A program made the position numbers and the translations under genes. Shown piece by piece: positions 1 through 10,200 of a DNA stretch of 64,000 nt. Source of the stretch: Trypanosoma brucei (lineage: Eukaryota). The DNA is taken from assembly GCA_000002445.1 (NCBI GenBank), contig CP000066.1:1120001-1184000 (forward strand), written 5' to 3'. The number at the start of each line of letters is the position of its first letter. Positions within the stretch are counted from its first letter, which is position 1. The notes beneath the pieces were generated by a model, which searched no databases, was not told where the DNA came from, and saw nothing but the letters and a program-made list of their open reading frames with translations.

Positions 1-111
1 GGATGCGGAAACTCGCAGCAGCGACTGGCATTCAACGCCGAACAAAAGGGAAGTGAAGATTCGTCCGTTACCGCATCTGCTGAGGGGGTTTATTCATATC
101 ATTGGAAAGGA

Positions 112-510
112 ATGTTTTGTCGCGGCGTGATGGGTCAATTACGATGGGCATTGGAGTGTGATAGCGTTGCCTGCCCACTGAAACGTGCCGATGGCTCCAA
201 GCACGTTTGCGACCCCTATTGGCAAGTTCTTTCGGAATACACCTGTCGGGCCCTCCTTGCGGAAATGGTTTTTTGTCGTGTTTCGGAGTATATCGTGCGC
301 GTTGAGGGTGTTTGGAGAAAATGTGGTCAGGAATTGGCGAACAAACATGTGTCGCATGGGAGTCAAAAGGAAGAAGAGGAGAGGGCGCATCCGCCGCGCA
401 CGTCGAATTGGGGTTACATACGATACATGGGGGATCATTTGTATGATGACATGTTTGGGGGAAACTTGCCAAATGAAGGGGCTCCGAAGAGATTGTCTTT
501 GATGAGGTGA
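112..510 (+). CDS. hypothetical small Cys-rich protein (132 aa), low-confidence
   Basis: ATG-initiated ORF on the same strand as the downstream plus-strand gene. No recognisable domain. It lies upstream of the polypyrimidine/AG acceptor region of the next gene, so it would be the penultimate gene of the rightward unit. Confidence 0.2.
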   Translation: MFCRGVMGQLRWALECDSVACPLKRADGSKHVCDPYWQVLSEYTCRALLAEMVFCRVSEYIVRVEGVWRKCGQELANKHVSHGSQKEEEERAHPPRTSNWGYIRYMGDHLYDDMFGGNLPNEGAPKRLSLMR

Positions 511-879
511 GGTAAAAAACAAGCGAACAAACAAAAAGTAAAACCATGGGCAAAAAGAAAAAGAAAAGAAAAGGGTCCTGTTTTTGCTCTCTTTGTTGTT
601 TATATCTGTGTGTTTGGGTTTTCTGTGGGGTTTCAACTGGGCTTCCCGAGTGATGCCGTGCCATACGTTTTTTTTTCTGCTGCCTGTTCGGCCCTGCCCA
701 TTTGTTTTTTTTTTTGCAATTCGAACCGTACAGTGGGAGAATGTGTCACTTCCGTATATGTTGGAGTTGCCTCTTCTAGCGTGATGTAGTTGGTTTTGTA
801 ACTGTGTGAATGCGCGCTTTTGAAACCGTAAACCGCTACCAAGCATATGCACATGCGTGTACAATTCCATTCGGTCTTT

Positions 880-1025
880 TTTGTTTCCATTTCTGATCCC
901 AAAACGACGACTTCACTTATATTTTCCATCCCCCTTCTGACTTTTCCCTTTCCTTTTCCCTTTCCTTCCCCCCCCCAAAAAAATTAACCGAAAAAAAACA
1001 AAAAAAAAAGTTCTAAAAAGAAGGT
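880..1025 (+). promoter_or_regulatory. polypyrimidine tract plus AG dinucleotides: predicted trans-splice acceptor/5'UTR region of the AP-1 sigma gene
   Basis: Plus strand reads ccatcccccttctgacttttccctttccttttccctttccttccccccccc, followed by A-rich sequence and AG sites about 90-100 nt upstream of the ATG at 1110. This is the classical trypanosomatid spliced-leader addition context. Confidence 0.4.
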
Positions 1026-1109
1026 GTGACGAAGGAAGGAGGTAAACCAGAAGCATATATTAAACTTGCGGTGGCCGCGCGTGCCAATTCCATCCATAAC
1101 GTCATTGGC

Positions 1110-1589
1110 ATGATAAGATATCTTTTGCTTATAAGTCGCCAAGGCAAAGTACGGTTGGCGAAGTGGTACGTTTCCATACCGAACAAAGAAAAAACTCGAA
1201 TTGTTCGTGAACTTTGCCAAACCGCTTTGGGTCGTTCCGCCCGTTTCTCCAACGTGTTGGAGCTCCGCGGCTCCAAATATGTTTGCCAGCGGTATGCGTC
1301 TCTTTATTTTATTGCCTGCATTGACAAGCAAGACAATGAATTGGCAATTTTGGAGATGATTCACCACTTCGTAGAGCTATTGGACCGATACTTTGGCAAT
1401 GTTTGCGAGCTGGACCTTATCTTCAACTTCCACCGGGCATATTTTGTGCTTGACGAAGTTATTTTGGGAGGGGAATTGGAAGACACAAGTAAGAAATCAA
1501 TATTACGGCAGATTGAAATGCACGAGGCGGCAGCGGAGGACACGGAATTATCCAGAGGATCCGGCACAAATTCCTCAAAGGCACGCTAA
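1110..1589 (+). CDS. clathrin adaptor complex AP-1 sigma (small) subunit
   Basis: Translation from the first ATG (MIRYLLLISRQGKVRLAKWY...KRYASLYFIACIDKQDNELAILEMIHHFVELLDRYFGNVCELDLIFNFHRAYFVLDEVILGGELEDTSKKSILRQIE) aligns along its whole length with AP sigma-1 chains (SRQGKLRLQKWY, RYASLYFC, DNEL, VCELDIIFNFEKAYFILDE, QDTSKKSVL). The 28 codons the ORF track adds upstream are probably 5'UTR. Confidence 0.85.
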   Translation: MIRYLLLISRQGKVRLAKWYVSIPNKEKTRIVRELCQTALGRSARFSNVLELRGSKYVCQRYASLYFIACIDKQDNELAILEMIHHFVELLDRYFGNVCELDLIFNFHRAYFVLDEVILGGELEDTSKKSILRQIEMHEAAAEDTELSRGSGTNSSKAR

Positions 1590-1740
1590 AACTCCCCTTC
1601 TTTTCCCTTCCCTTCCCTTTCCTTCCCTATCCAAAGGCGGCTAACAAAAAGAAAAAAAAAGAAGAGCATGAGGAGGAGGAGGAGGAGGAGGAGGAGGGAA
1701 AACAAAAACAAAAACAAACACAAACACACACACAAGGAGG
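1590..1740. repeat. simple-sequence block: (CCCTT)-type polypyrimidine, (GAG)n about 10 units at about 1668-1698, (CA)n/(CAAA)n at about 1700-1735
   Basis: Read directly in the sequence immediately 3' of the AP-1 sigma stop codon. Confidence 0.8.
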
Positions 1741-2645
1741 GTTCGAAATGAAGCGTGTCGCCTCCATTTTTTTTTCTTTTTCCCACCACCACTCTCGCCT
1801 CTGTAGTTGCTGCAGCTTTCTCTTCCCTTCTTTCATCTGTTGTTTTTTCCACCATTTTCTTTCTGTGTGTTTTGCTTCTCTTACAGAAATTAAACTTTTA
1901 TTCCTATTTGTATTGCCTTTTCTTTCTTGTGGAAACGTTCCGTTCACCATCAGAAGTTACTCTTGTTCCTCGCAAAGGTCGCAAAGGATTAACGTGATTA
2001 TTATTATTATCTTTAAAAGGAAGAAAGAGGGAAATAAAGAGAAGGAGAGTCAAATTTCATAGGCAACATCGCGTTAAATATGGACTAACGCGGCGATTAA
2101 GTGGTCAAAAGTTACTCGACCAACAAAGTCAATGGTATCGCCGGTAGCGTCAAAAATAAAAAGTGCATCTCACCGGATCATCCCTCAATAGCGCACCAAA
2201 CAGTCCTCCACGTGAGAGCGGAAGCAAAAGGCAGAAAAGGTGCATGAACAAATGCGGAATAAGCCCCGCGCCCTAATAGCAACAGAAATAGTAAAAATGG
2301 TATCGTCGCCGCCCAAGAAAAAAATTAAATTGTAACTCCCCCCATTCAAAACCGAAAATACGAGAAGATCATAAATAAAACAGCATTCTCACTTTGGCAG
2401 TATCGGCTTTCAAAAGATTCCACAGCTATTCACACAAAAAAAATAAATAAAATTTACACAACCCGTTTTCAAGAATAAAAAACACAGATCTATATAAAAT
2501 CCATCAAAAGCGAAAAAAAAAATAATGAACAAAGAGTAAGGGAAATGCTATACTATCAGCCGCCGCGTCTTTTCCCATAAAAAGAAATCGAGACATAAGT
2601 CTCGCCCCCGTCGCTCTTTAAAAGACCCCTCCCCTTTTTTTCCGT

Positions 2646-3510
2646 GTGGCCCAGGGCGGTGGGGAAACGGAAGGGTGTGTGTTTGTATGCTTTTGGGGCC
2701 GCCTGATTTGTCAGGGTGGCCCAGGGCGGTGGGGAAACGGAAGGGTGTGTGTTTGTATGCTTTTGGGGCCGCCTGATTTGTCAGGGTGGCCCAGGGCGGT
2801 GGGGAAACGGAAGGGTGTGTGTTTGTCTGCTTTTGGGGCCGCCTGATTTGTCAGGGTGGCCCAGGGCGGTGGGGAAATGGAAGGGTGTGTGTTTGTATGC
2901 TTTTGGGGCCGCCTGATTTGTCAGGGTGGCCCAGGGCGGTGGGGAAATGGAAGGGTGTGTGTTTGTATGCTTTTGGGGCCGCCTGATTTGTCAGGGTGGC
3001 CCAGGGCGGTGGGGAAACGGAAGGGTGTGTGTTTGTATGCTTTTGGGGCCGCCTGATTTGTCAGGGTGGCCCAGGGCGGTGGGGAAACGGAAGGGTGTGT
3101 GTTTGTATGCTTTTGGGGCCGCCTGATTTGTCAGGGTGGCCCAGGGCGGTGGGGAAATGGAAGGGTGTGTGTTTGTATGCTTTTGGGGCCGCCTGATTTG
3201 TCAGGGTGGCCCAGGGCGGTGGGGAAACGGAAAGGTGTGTGTTTGTATGCTTTTGGGGCAGCCTGATTTGTCAGGGTGGCCCAGGGCGGCGGGGAAACGG
3301 AAGGGTGTGTGTTTGTATGCTTTTGGGGCCGCCTGATTTGTCAGGGTGGCCCAGGGCGGTGGGGAAACGGAAGGGTGTGTGTTTGTATGCTTTTGGGGCA
3401 GCCTGATTTGTCAGGGTGGCCCAGGGCGGTGGGGAAACGGAAGGGTGTGTGTTTGTATGCTTTTGGGGCCGCCTGATTTGTCAGGGTGGCCCAGGGCGGT
3501 GGGGAAATGG
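2646..3510 (+). repeat. tandem array, 70-bp unit x about 12.4 copies, G-rich on plus strand (consensus GGTGGCCCAGGGCGGTGGGGAAACGGAAGGGTGTGTGTTTGTATGCTTTTGGGGCCGCCTGATTTGTCAG)
   Basis: Exact 70-nt periodicity is visible (ORF-track pseudo-ORFs start every 70 nt: 2646, 2716 ... 3346). Units are about 98% identical, with a few point variants (AAACGG/AAATGG, GTATGC/GTCTGC, GGGCC/GGGCA). Each unit carries four G3-4 tracts. Confidence 0.95.
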
Positions 3511-6500
3511 GCGGGGGGTTGTGAAGTCTTTTATGTGGGCGGTGTTTGGTGCTGGGCGAATTCGGATGTGATTGTTATGCGTTGCTTGTGTTCCTGCGTA
3601 ACCTTATTTTCCCCCTTTTTTTGAGGTGAGAGAAAAGGTTCGGAAAGGGCGAAACATGGAAGGGAAACGGGACTGCCTGGTGTCGGTTGAGCAGTTTTTC
3701 CGGCGAGTTCACTGCTCACACGCGTTTTGTGGGACAGAAAATCCGACAGCTGCCCGGAGGCAAGTGAATCGGGCGCTTGTGTGGATGGCAGGCGGGGATC
3801 GGGCGTCCGGTAAGGACGGTGATGCCGGGAAGCGCGGTCGTTAGGGCCAACGGTCGTGGCGGCGCGGTGGGGGGCGCTTGATCCTTAACTTTGGAAGGTG
3901 CGTCTCCCTTTTTTTTTTGAAGTAAACTTTGGAAGTTATTTTAACCAGGTGGACGGTGGTTGCGCTACTGTTTTAGTTTTTTTTTCTTTATGCTTTTTAG
4001 AATGCTCTTTGCGGCGGGGCGATTGAAAGTCGCCTCGGCTTGGGGGTGCGCTTTTTTTTTTATTATCATTATGCAGGCGGGAAAGCGTTGAGCTTTTCGG
4101 GGGGACGGGCTTCCGCCAAAAGCTCTTGTGGGTGGAGGTGCAGTTTTATAAGGGGCGGCAGCGACAAAGCTGTTTCTAATGCTCCCTCTTTTTTTTTTGC
4201 ATTTCGGTGGCCCTGAGGGTTAGTTCCTCAAAGAAATCCGCTGCAGCAGCTTAATTCATTCGAGCGTCATCGGAGGGACACGGGGGACTTGTATGAGGGA
4301 CGACGGGTTCGGCAAGTGGAGAGTGGCGCCGTCGCACCCTTTTTTCGAAGTCAAGAAGGTGTGCAGAGAAAACCTTTTGAATGGTTTTGGCACCGTTTTG
4401 TTTCTTTTTAGAGGAGAAAGGGGAAACACGGCCCACTTTGACGTGTGGTGTGGCTCTGGGAGAACTCTAACCGCTTATTTTCAATGAAAGCCTTTCCCTG
4501 CTCCGAGTTCCGGCGCGAAAGAGAAGCACGCGTTGGGGTTTGGGAAAGGGGGGTGCAGCAGAGAAGGCTTGGGGAGCATCCTTTCAAAACGTCCCTGCAA
4601 TCCTTCTTGCCCACCGAAATAAAAAATTTCTTCATGACCTTTCCCTAATCCATGTTTTTTTCAGAAAAAATTCATGTATTTTTTTCTTCTTAGAACTTTG
4701 CTTAAATCAGGAGTGCCTTAAATAAAGTAAGGCGCTAACACTTTCGCCGGATTTATTAAAGGGTGTTCCTACCTCAGTTCCCCCAGCTTTGAAACTTTCG
4801 ACTTTCACCAACCCATGCCCCACAAGGGTCGTCAAGTTAGTGATGTAGCGGTTCGAGATGCGCCCCGCCAAGTCGGTGTAAGAAAGGCCTGTGACCGGTT
4901 TGCCAACAACACGAAAGGCGCTAGCGTCAGGCCCGGTTGTTGCCGCCTCTGTTCGTGCTTGAGCCGCCTTGCTTAAGAAATTCGTGGCGGAGACGCTCGG
5001 CTTTTTCTTGTGAAAAGACAAACCCCCTTCCGCGGTGTTGCCCGTTTCGCATCTCCCCGGAACGGCGGAAGTTGCTTGGGGGGGGGGGGGGAGGGCGGGA
5101 TGCCCTGTGCCCGTATTCATCTGCATGCTGCGCTGGTCTTGCGTTCCGTAGTCTTGCCGATTTTGCGTCGGCTTGCTGCTTCCCGCTCCCGTTGGCCGCT
5201 CTGTTCTCTGTTCGACGGACCCCTCACGACCGGTGCTGCAACCTGTTTTTTGGAAGGGCACGTGACGTGCAACGTGCCCGGGACGACACACCCGCATTCG
5301 CCTTATCGGCCGGCGGCCCTTTAGCCGCGCGTGTATGCGGAGGGAGAAGGGGGAGGGGAGGGGATGTGCTCAGAAAGCCGCGGAGGTGCATTGGACGCTG
5401 CCTTTGACCGTGGTGAATTACATTGAGGGGTTCGTGTATTCATCTGGTTTTGGCAGCGCCAGTGGCTATGACAGTCGTTCCTTGGGGCGCATTTTATTGG
5501 GGTCGGGGTGTCAGAGGAATCTTTTCCAATTTGCCGTGCACTTTTCTCACCGCAGGGCATTGCCGCTCCGCTGCACAGGGAAGGTCCCGCTCGATGAGGC
5601 GGGTGGTCTTCTGCCCCCTATAAGAGACGCAAATCGAAGGTCAGCTCAAGTCGAATATTTACTTTCTACGGGCGCCGGGGCAACGGCCTCACCCGTTCTA
5701 AAATGGGGGACTGCAGAACGTTACCGCTCGTTCGGGAAGGGCTGGACGTGGTTGAAGGTCCGAAAACAACGAAAGCTTTGGAAAGTGTAGCGTTTACGCT
5801 GTAGCTTTCGAATATTAAGTAGCCCGCTATGGCGGCAGCCCGTTTTCCCCATAGCTTCAATGAAAGCACGGTAAGATTGGAGCAACCGAGCGGGAATCGG
5901 TGCTCATTAGCCATGGGAAAGTGATGCAAGCTCTCATCGTGATGTGTGGGGCGCCTGCGCGCCAGAGGGCGAAAGCGGGAAAGCGACAGTAGATTACTGC
6001 CCGGAGCGGCGTTTCAAAGTAACCAGTGACGTGGGCTCAATCCGACTGAGACCGGTTAAGGGAGAGCAGTTCCCCCACCGGAACCACTTGCAAACAAGGC
6101 TGCAACGTGAAAGCTGGAAAGGCTGCCGAAATTTTTGACGGTGGTCGTGGATTTGCCTTCCTGCGCACGGCAAAACCGGGGGTGGCGTAGAAAGCATCGA
6201 TCAGTTCGGACGGCGGTAGCATAACGCTAGCGGTGGAAAACGGTTTGGCCAGGGTCTCGGAGACAATGTCCAGCAGGACTCTGAAGGAGGTGAGAAAAGA
6301 CAACTAACGGCGCAGGATGGCCTTGACAACGCCGTTGCATCCGCTGACCGGTAACCGGTGGCCATGAAAAAAAGACGTGGGGCGATGGCGTGCGGACAGC
6401 CGGTGGCAGAAGCTTCCGGTATTTCCCGACGTGGCGGACGATGTGCTTTTGCCCTCCCGCACGTGATTCCGCGCTCCTTTGTGCACGCACCGTCCCCTTC

Positions 6501-7209
6501 CGCCACCAACCGAAGCTCACGGCCAATTTTAAACGGGTCGAAATGCGGTTTCGAAGGTCCCACAGCCGCGCGGCTTCGCGCTAACGAAGAACCTCTATAC
6601 GATCCGATGGCGGATTTTCGGGTGCCACAGAAAACGATATCCCACGCGGGGGAGCAACGCCCAGCCGCCCGCGGAAATTCCGAGGGGCGCTGACGCGCGA
6701 CGGGAGCGCCGTTCGGCGAATGGAACGTCTCCGGGTCCCTCTTTACCTGCGGTCCACACTACCTTCAAAATATTTGCGGGCACCTTCCCGACGAGACCTG
6801 TGCAGACAAAGTTGCAGTTCATCCAACCCAGCTTGAAACACAAAGAAACGAAAAGCAAGCATCTACGAAACCCGCGAAGCAGTGACAGCAATAACGGAGC
6901 AACTCACCCGCAGCAATCTAGGCACAGTAGATGAGTTGAGCCATCTCTTTCTTTCTTTTCAGTTACCTTACGGCAGCCCCAGGTGCACGTCCGCAAGGTA
7001 AACGCTAATAGAGGTCAGAACCATGTCGTATCGGTTGCGACGTACTTCTATCCCTTTTTCTTCGTAGTGTACCGGTCTTCCTTCACCCCATTACCTTACC
7101 TTCGCTCCCTTCCTTCAATCCCCTTTGTGGCGCAGAAGCGCCTTGCGCTTGCCGATGCCAGTCCCAGTCCATATTGAATTCGCAACTCCTCTGCAGTGCC
7201 TTTGGACCC

Positions 7210-10200
7210 CTACATTTCAATACCCTCGGCGTAGTTCTGGTAGCGGTCGTAGAGAACCGTTCGAACGTTCTCCCTGGATTCTGCGATCCGCTTCCGCATG
7301 AAGTCTGCTGCCCACGCTTCACTCTTATGCATCGCGAGGCGCCAGGACAGATCGTGAATTGTCTTTTTGGGCTTAAAGCAAGGAAGACCACTGCTGAGCA
7401 TCAGTTCAACAAGCACACAAATCTCGTGGGCGTATTGTCGAACAGCGAGGAAGCAACGAATCGTCAGGTCCACAAATAGATTGTAGCTCTCCAGATCCAC
7501 TAGAGCTTTTGCGAGGGAGGGGCTTGGTTGCTTCCCTTTCCCTTCATTCACCGGGTACCCCATGAGCTGCGCCATTTCCAGGGTTAACTTGAACGGGGAC
7601 GACTCGAAGTTGATGTCGCCTCCCGGTGAAAGGTCAAACAAAAACCCGAAGTCTATGTGCACCAAGTGGCCATAGGAGTCGATAAGAATATTGCCGTTGT
7701 GACGGTCCTTTATGTTGAGGACGAAAGAAGCGGTGGCATATGAGGCCATGCTTCGGATAAAACACTCCCGAGCGCGATGGAATCTTACGGATTCTGGGTA
7801 GCCGTAGGTCTGTACAAAGTACTCCGAGAGGTTACCTTCCACCAGTTTCCCAATCTGATCACGACTCATTGCCCGGGGAACACACTCGATAACACCACAA
7901 TCCCTCCCGGTGGCAACCACCTTGTACGGATAAAGAAAGGATGGTAGCTGGATGGAGTCAAACACACGGCGGAAGAGCCCTATCAGTTGCAATGCAAGTT
8001 GATCCTGCCTGCAATCATCCCCCATCTTGAAAATGCAGAGCTTTGACGTTACCGCTTCTTTATCCGAGCCGGTCGCCTCTCCTTGTGCATTTTCCCCGTC
8101 CCGACTATTCTGCGGAACGCAGTGAAACTCCACCATGATGGGGCACTTTGCCGCGCTCTGCATTGCACCAGCGGTGTCAGGGCGAAGGGCGACGATTCTC
8201 CAGTTGGGATCTGTGGGCAAATATAAGTGCTGTCCACCGATAGAGTCGTGGAATTCCTTATCGCGCAACCGAAGGCGGAGCCTTCCCTTTCGAAGCGGCC
8301 TCTCGATAGGCATCATTTCTCCAGACAAGGAAATAATTCGGTCAATGAAATTGAACTCACCGTCATGGAAAGCTTTCCTTGAGGCATTGAAGGAGTGCCG
8401 GATCTCCGACGCGAGCTGGGAGCACTTCCGTGCGTGCTCGCTATCTCCACCCCCTTCCGCTTGTAGGGACCAAAGGAGCTGGTGCTCAAACGTTTGGCTC
8501 CTTTTGCACATTTTCTTCAAGAAAGACGGCACGGCCCCGATTGGGTCCTCTGAAAGTATCTGAAGTATTTGAGGGAGGTAAAACGTAAGCGAGTCGCACT
8601 TTTTACACAAAAGGCTGCGAAGGGCGTACGCGGAGACCTGCGGGTACCGAGTCGCATACCGCGCGTGCAGATGGCGGAGGGACTGCACAAGACCACCGTT
8701 CCTGAAGAGGTGGAGCGCAGGATACCCGTTGACCAGCGTTACGCTGTTCAAATAGAGATCCACTGCTCCAGGTATATTGCAGTAGAGCTCTGGATTCTCA
8801 GAGACGATTTGCGCAGCCCAACCCACCACATGTCTGTTGGGAAACCGCGCCACCAACGCAACCAGTACTGCGGGGTCGCTTTCTGACGCCGCCGTGCAGT
8901 GCGATAACCATTCGCCACTGGAAATGGCGTCAAAATAGTCGCGGGACGGCGTTGAGAGGGAATCGGAAGGATGGAGCCAAACGAGGAGTCGATGGTGCTC
9001 GTGTTTGACCAGGAGTTGCAGGAGTCGGATGAGGCTCATTAGCCGTTCCCGCTCAGCGGCAATCAGGCTTTCAATGTCCGTGAAAGTTCCACCCGCAATG
9101 TCTTCACCTATCCTGCGCTGCGCGACACTTCCCACAAGCGTCAGGTTGACAAGGGTGGAATCAGCTGACTTTTCTGGTGAGGCAAAGTCCAGAAACCCAT
9201 CGCTAGAACGTGACAATGCTTTCATGTCCCTGTCCAACATTTCCATAAGTTTTCGCAAGGCCGCTAGTTCCTTCTCCGCGGCCGTGCGGTCCCGCGAGAA
9301 GTACCAAGAAGGCGGCGTCTTTTGAAACCAGTGCATCAAACAGCGATAAAAGCCTTGGCGCAGGGCTCCGACGAAGAAGGCGGGGGTTAGGGCCGGCAAA
9401 CCCTCGCGCGCACGGCACTCGTTTGCAGCTTGTAAATTACGGCAAATGAGACCTATCATCAGGACGCAGCGCGTCATTTCCGAGAAGGACGCATCTTTTG
9501 TGGAGAGCCTGGACGGAGTTTTCACAATCCTCAAGGCGAGTTGCTTTAAAAGGTGGAGAACGGGCGGGACAAATGATACTGGCCCGCCCTCATCGACATA
9601 GCACGCAATTAAAAACTCGGCGAGAAGCTTATGTGGAGAGTTCGTGGCATAATCATGTGAGTAAATGGCCGCATCCCTCCTTAACTGTGGTTTCCTGCCT
9701 GACTCCACTTCGTCAAGGCCTCTCGGTCGGGAGCCGTCAAACAGTCCAACACGATGGGTAATTGTCCACACAAATCCCTCTACAACTTCTGCTAGCAGTG
9801 GGGCTGCAAAGAGCCCCGGTCTCTCAAATAAGATCCACCTCCAGCAACTGATGGCCTTGGCCAGGGCGTCGCTTGAAAACGAACGGATGGGGTACTGCAC
9901 GATGCACCGCAGAAGGCTTATATGCATTGATGTACCAAGCCGCGCGCTCGTCAGGAGCACAACCGCGGAGCAAGCTAGTGTGTCACTTTCATGCAGCTTA
10001 TCTGACAAGGTCTGACCACTAGGTGGGGTACATGTGGACGTCCAGGAACCCCGGTGAACCGTGTCCTCCGCTTCCCCACCTTGGCAACCACGACTAAAAT
10101 CATCCACACCTATTTCACCAGACAGAGCGTTCGTCAACGTCACGAACTGCTGCTCCCTTAGTTGTTTACTCAAACCGAAGGTCTTCACAAGGTCCTCTCC

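Larger units (their letters stand above)
1590..7209. other. convergent strand-switch region between a rightward and a leftward polycistronic unit; probable RNA pol II termination zone
   Basis: The last plus-strand CDS ends at 1589 and the last minus-strand CDS (PI4K) ends at 7210. No convincing protein-coding ORF on either strand in between. No tRNA A/B-box pairs or GGTTCGAATCC-like T-loops found by eye. Confidence 0.7.

Noticed and set aside
68-870. Minus-strand ORFs 68-664 and 139-870 upstream of AP-1 sigma
   Set aside because: Opposite strand to the local transcription unit. Translations are low-complexity (poly-F, K/R-rich), derived from poly-pyrimidine/purine tracts. No start context.
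2646-3510. Possibility that the 70-bp array is the VSG-associated '70-bp repeat' or a CRISPR array
   Set aside because: VSG 70-bp repeats are AT-rich with (TRR)n cores; this unit is GC/G-rich. CRISPR is irrelevant in a eukaryotic nuclear genome, and there are no unique spacers between units.
2646-3624. Twelve overlapping 66-aa ORFs (MAQGGGETEGCVFVCFWGRLICQGGPG...), each starting 70 nt after the previous one
   Set aside because: Artefact of translating a 70-bp tandem repeat. 70 is not a multiple of 3, so the same DNA is read in all three frames in rotation. Low-complexity Gly/Cys-rich product. Lies in a strand-switch region with no acceptor context.
1590-7209. Search for tRNA, snRNA or 7SL genes in the strand-switch region and in the larger intergenic gaps
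   Set aside because: No 7-bp acceptor stem, A-box (TRGCNNAGTGG) or B-box (GGTTCGANTCC) combination found by eye. The few TTCGAA occurrences (about 715, 1743, 5652, 5806, 6552) lack flanking cloverleaf features. This remains a manual scan, so low-scoring tRNAs cannot be fully excluded.
4700-7209. Calling the GC-rich block an ingi/DIRE retroelement or an rRNA/kDNA insertion
   Set aside because: No reverse-transcriptase (F/YxDD), endonuclease or gag-like motifs recognisable in any frame. Composition is GC-rich, whereas kDNA maxicircle is AT-rich. Kept only as a hypothesis in findings, not as a feature.
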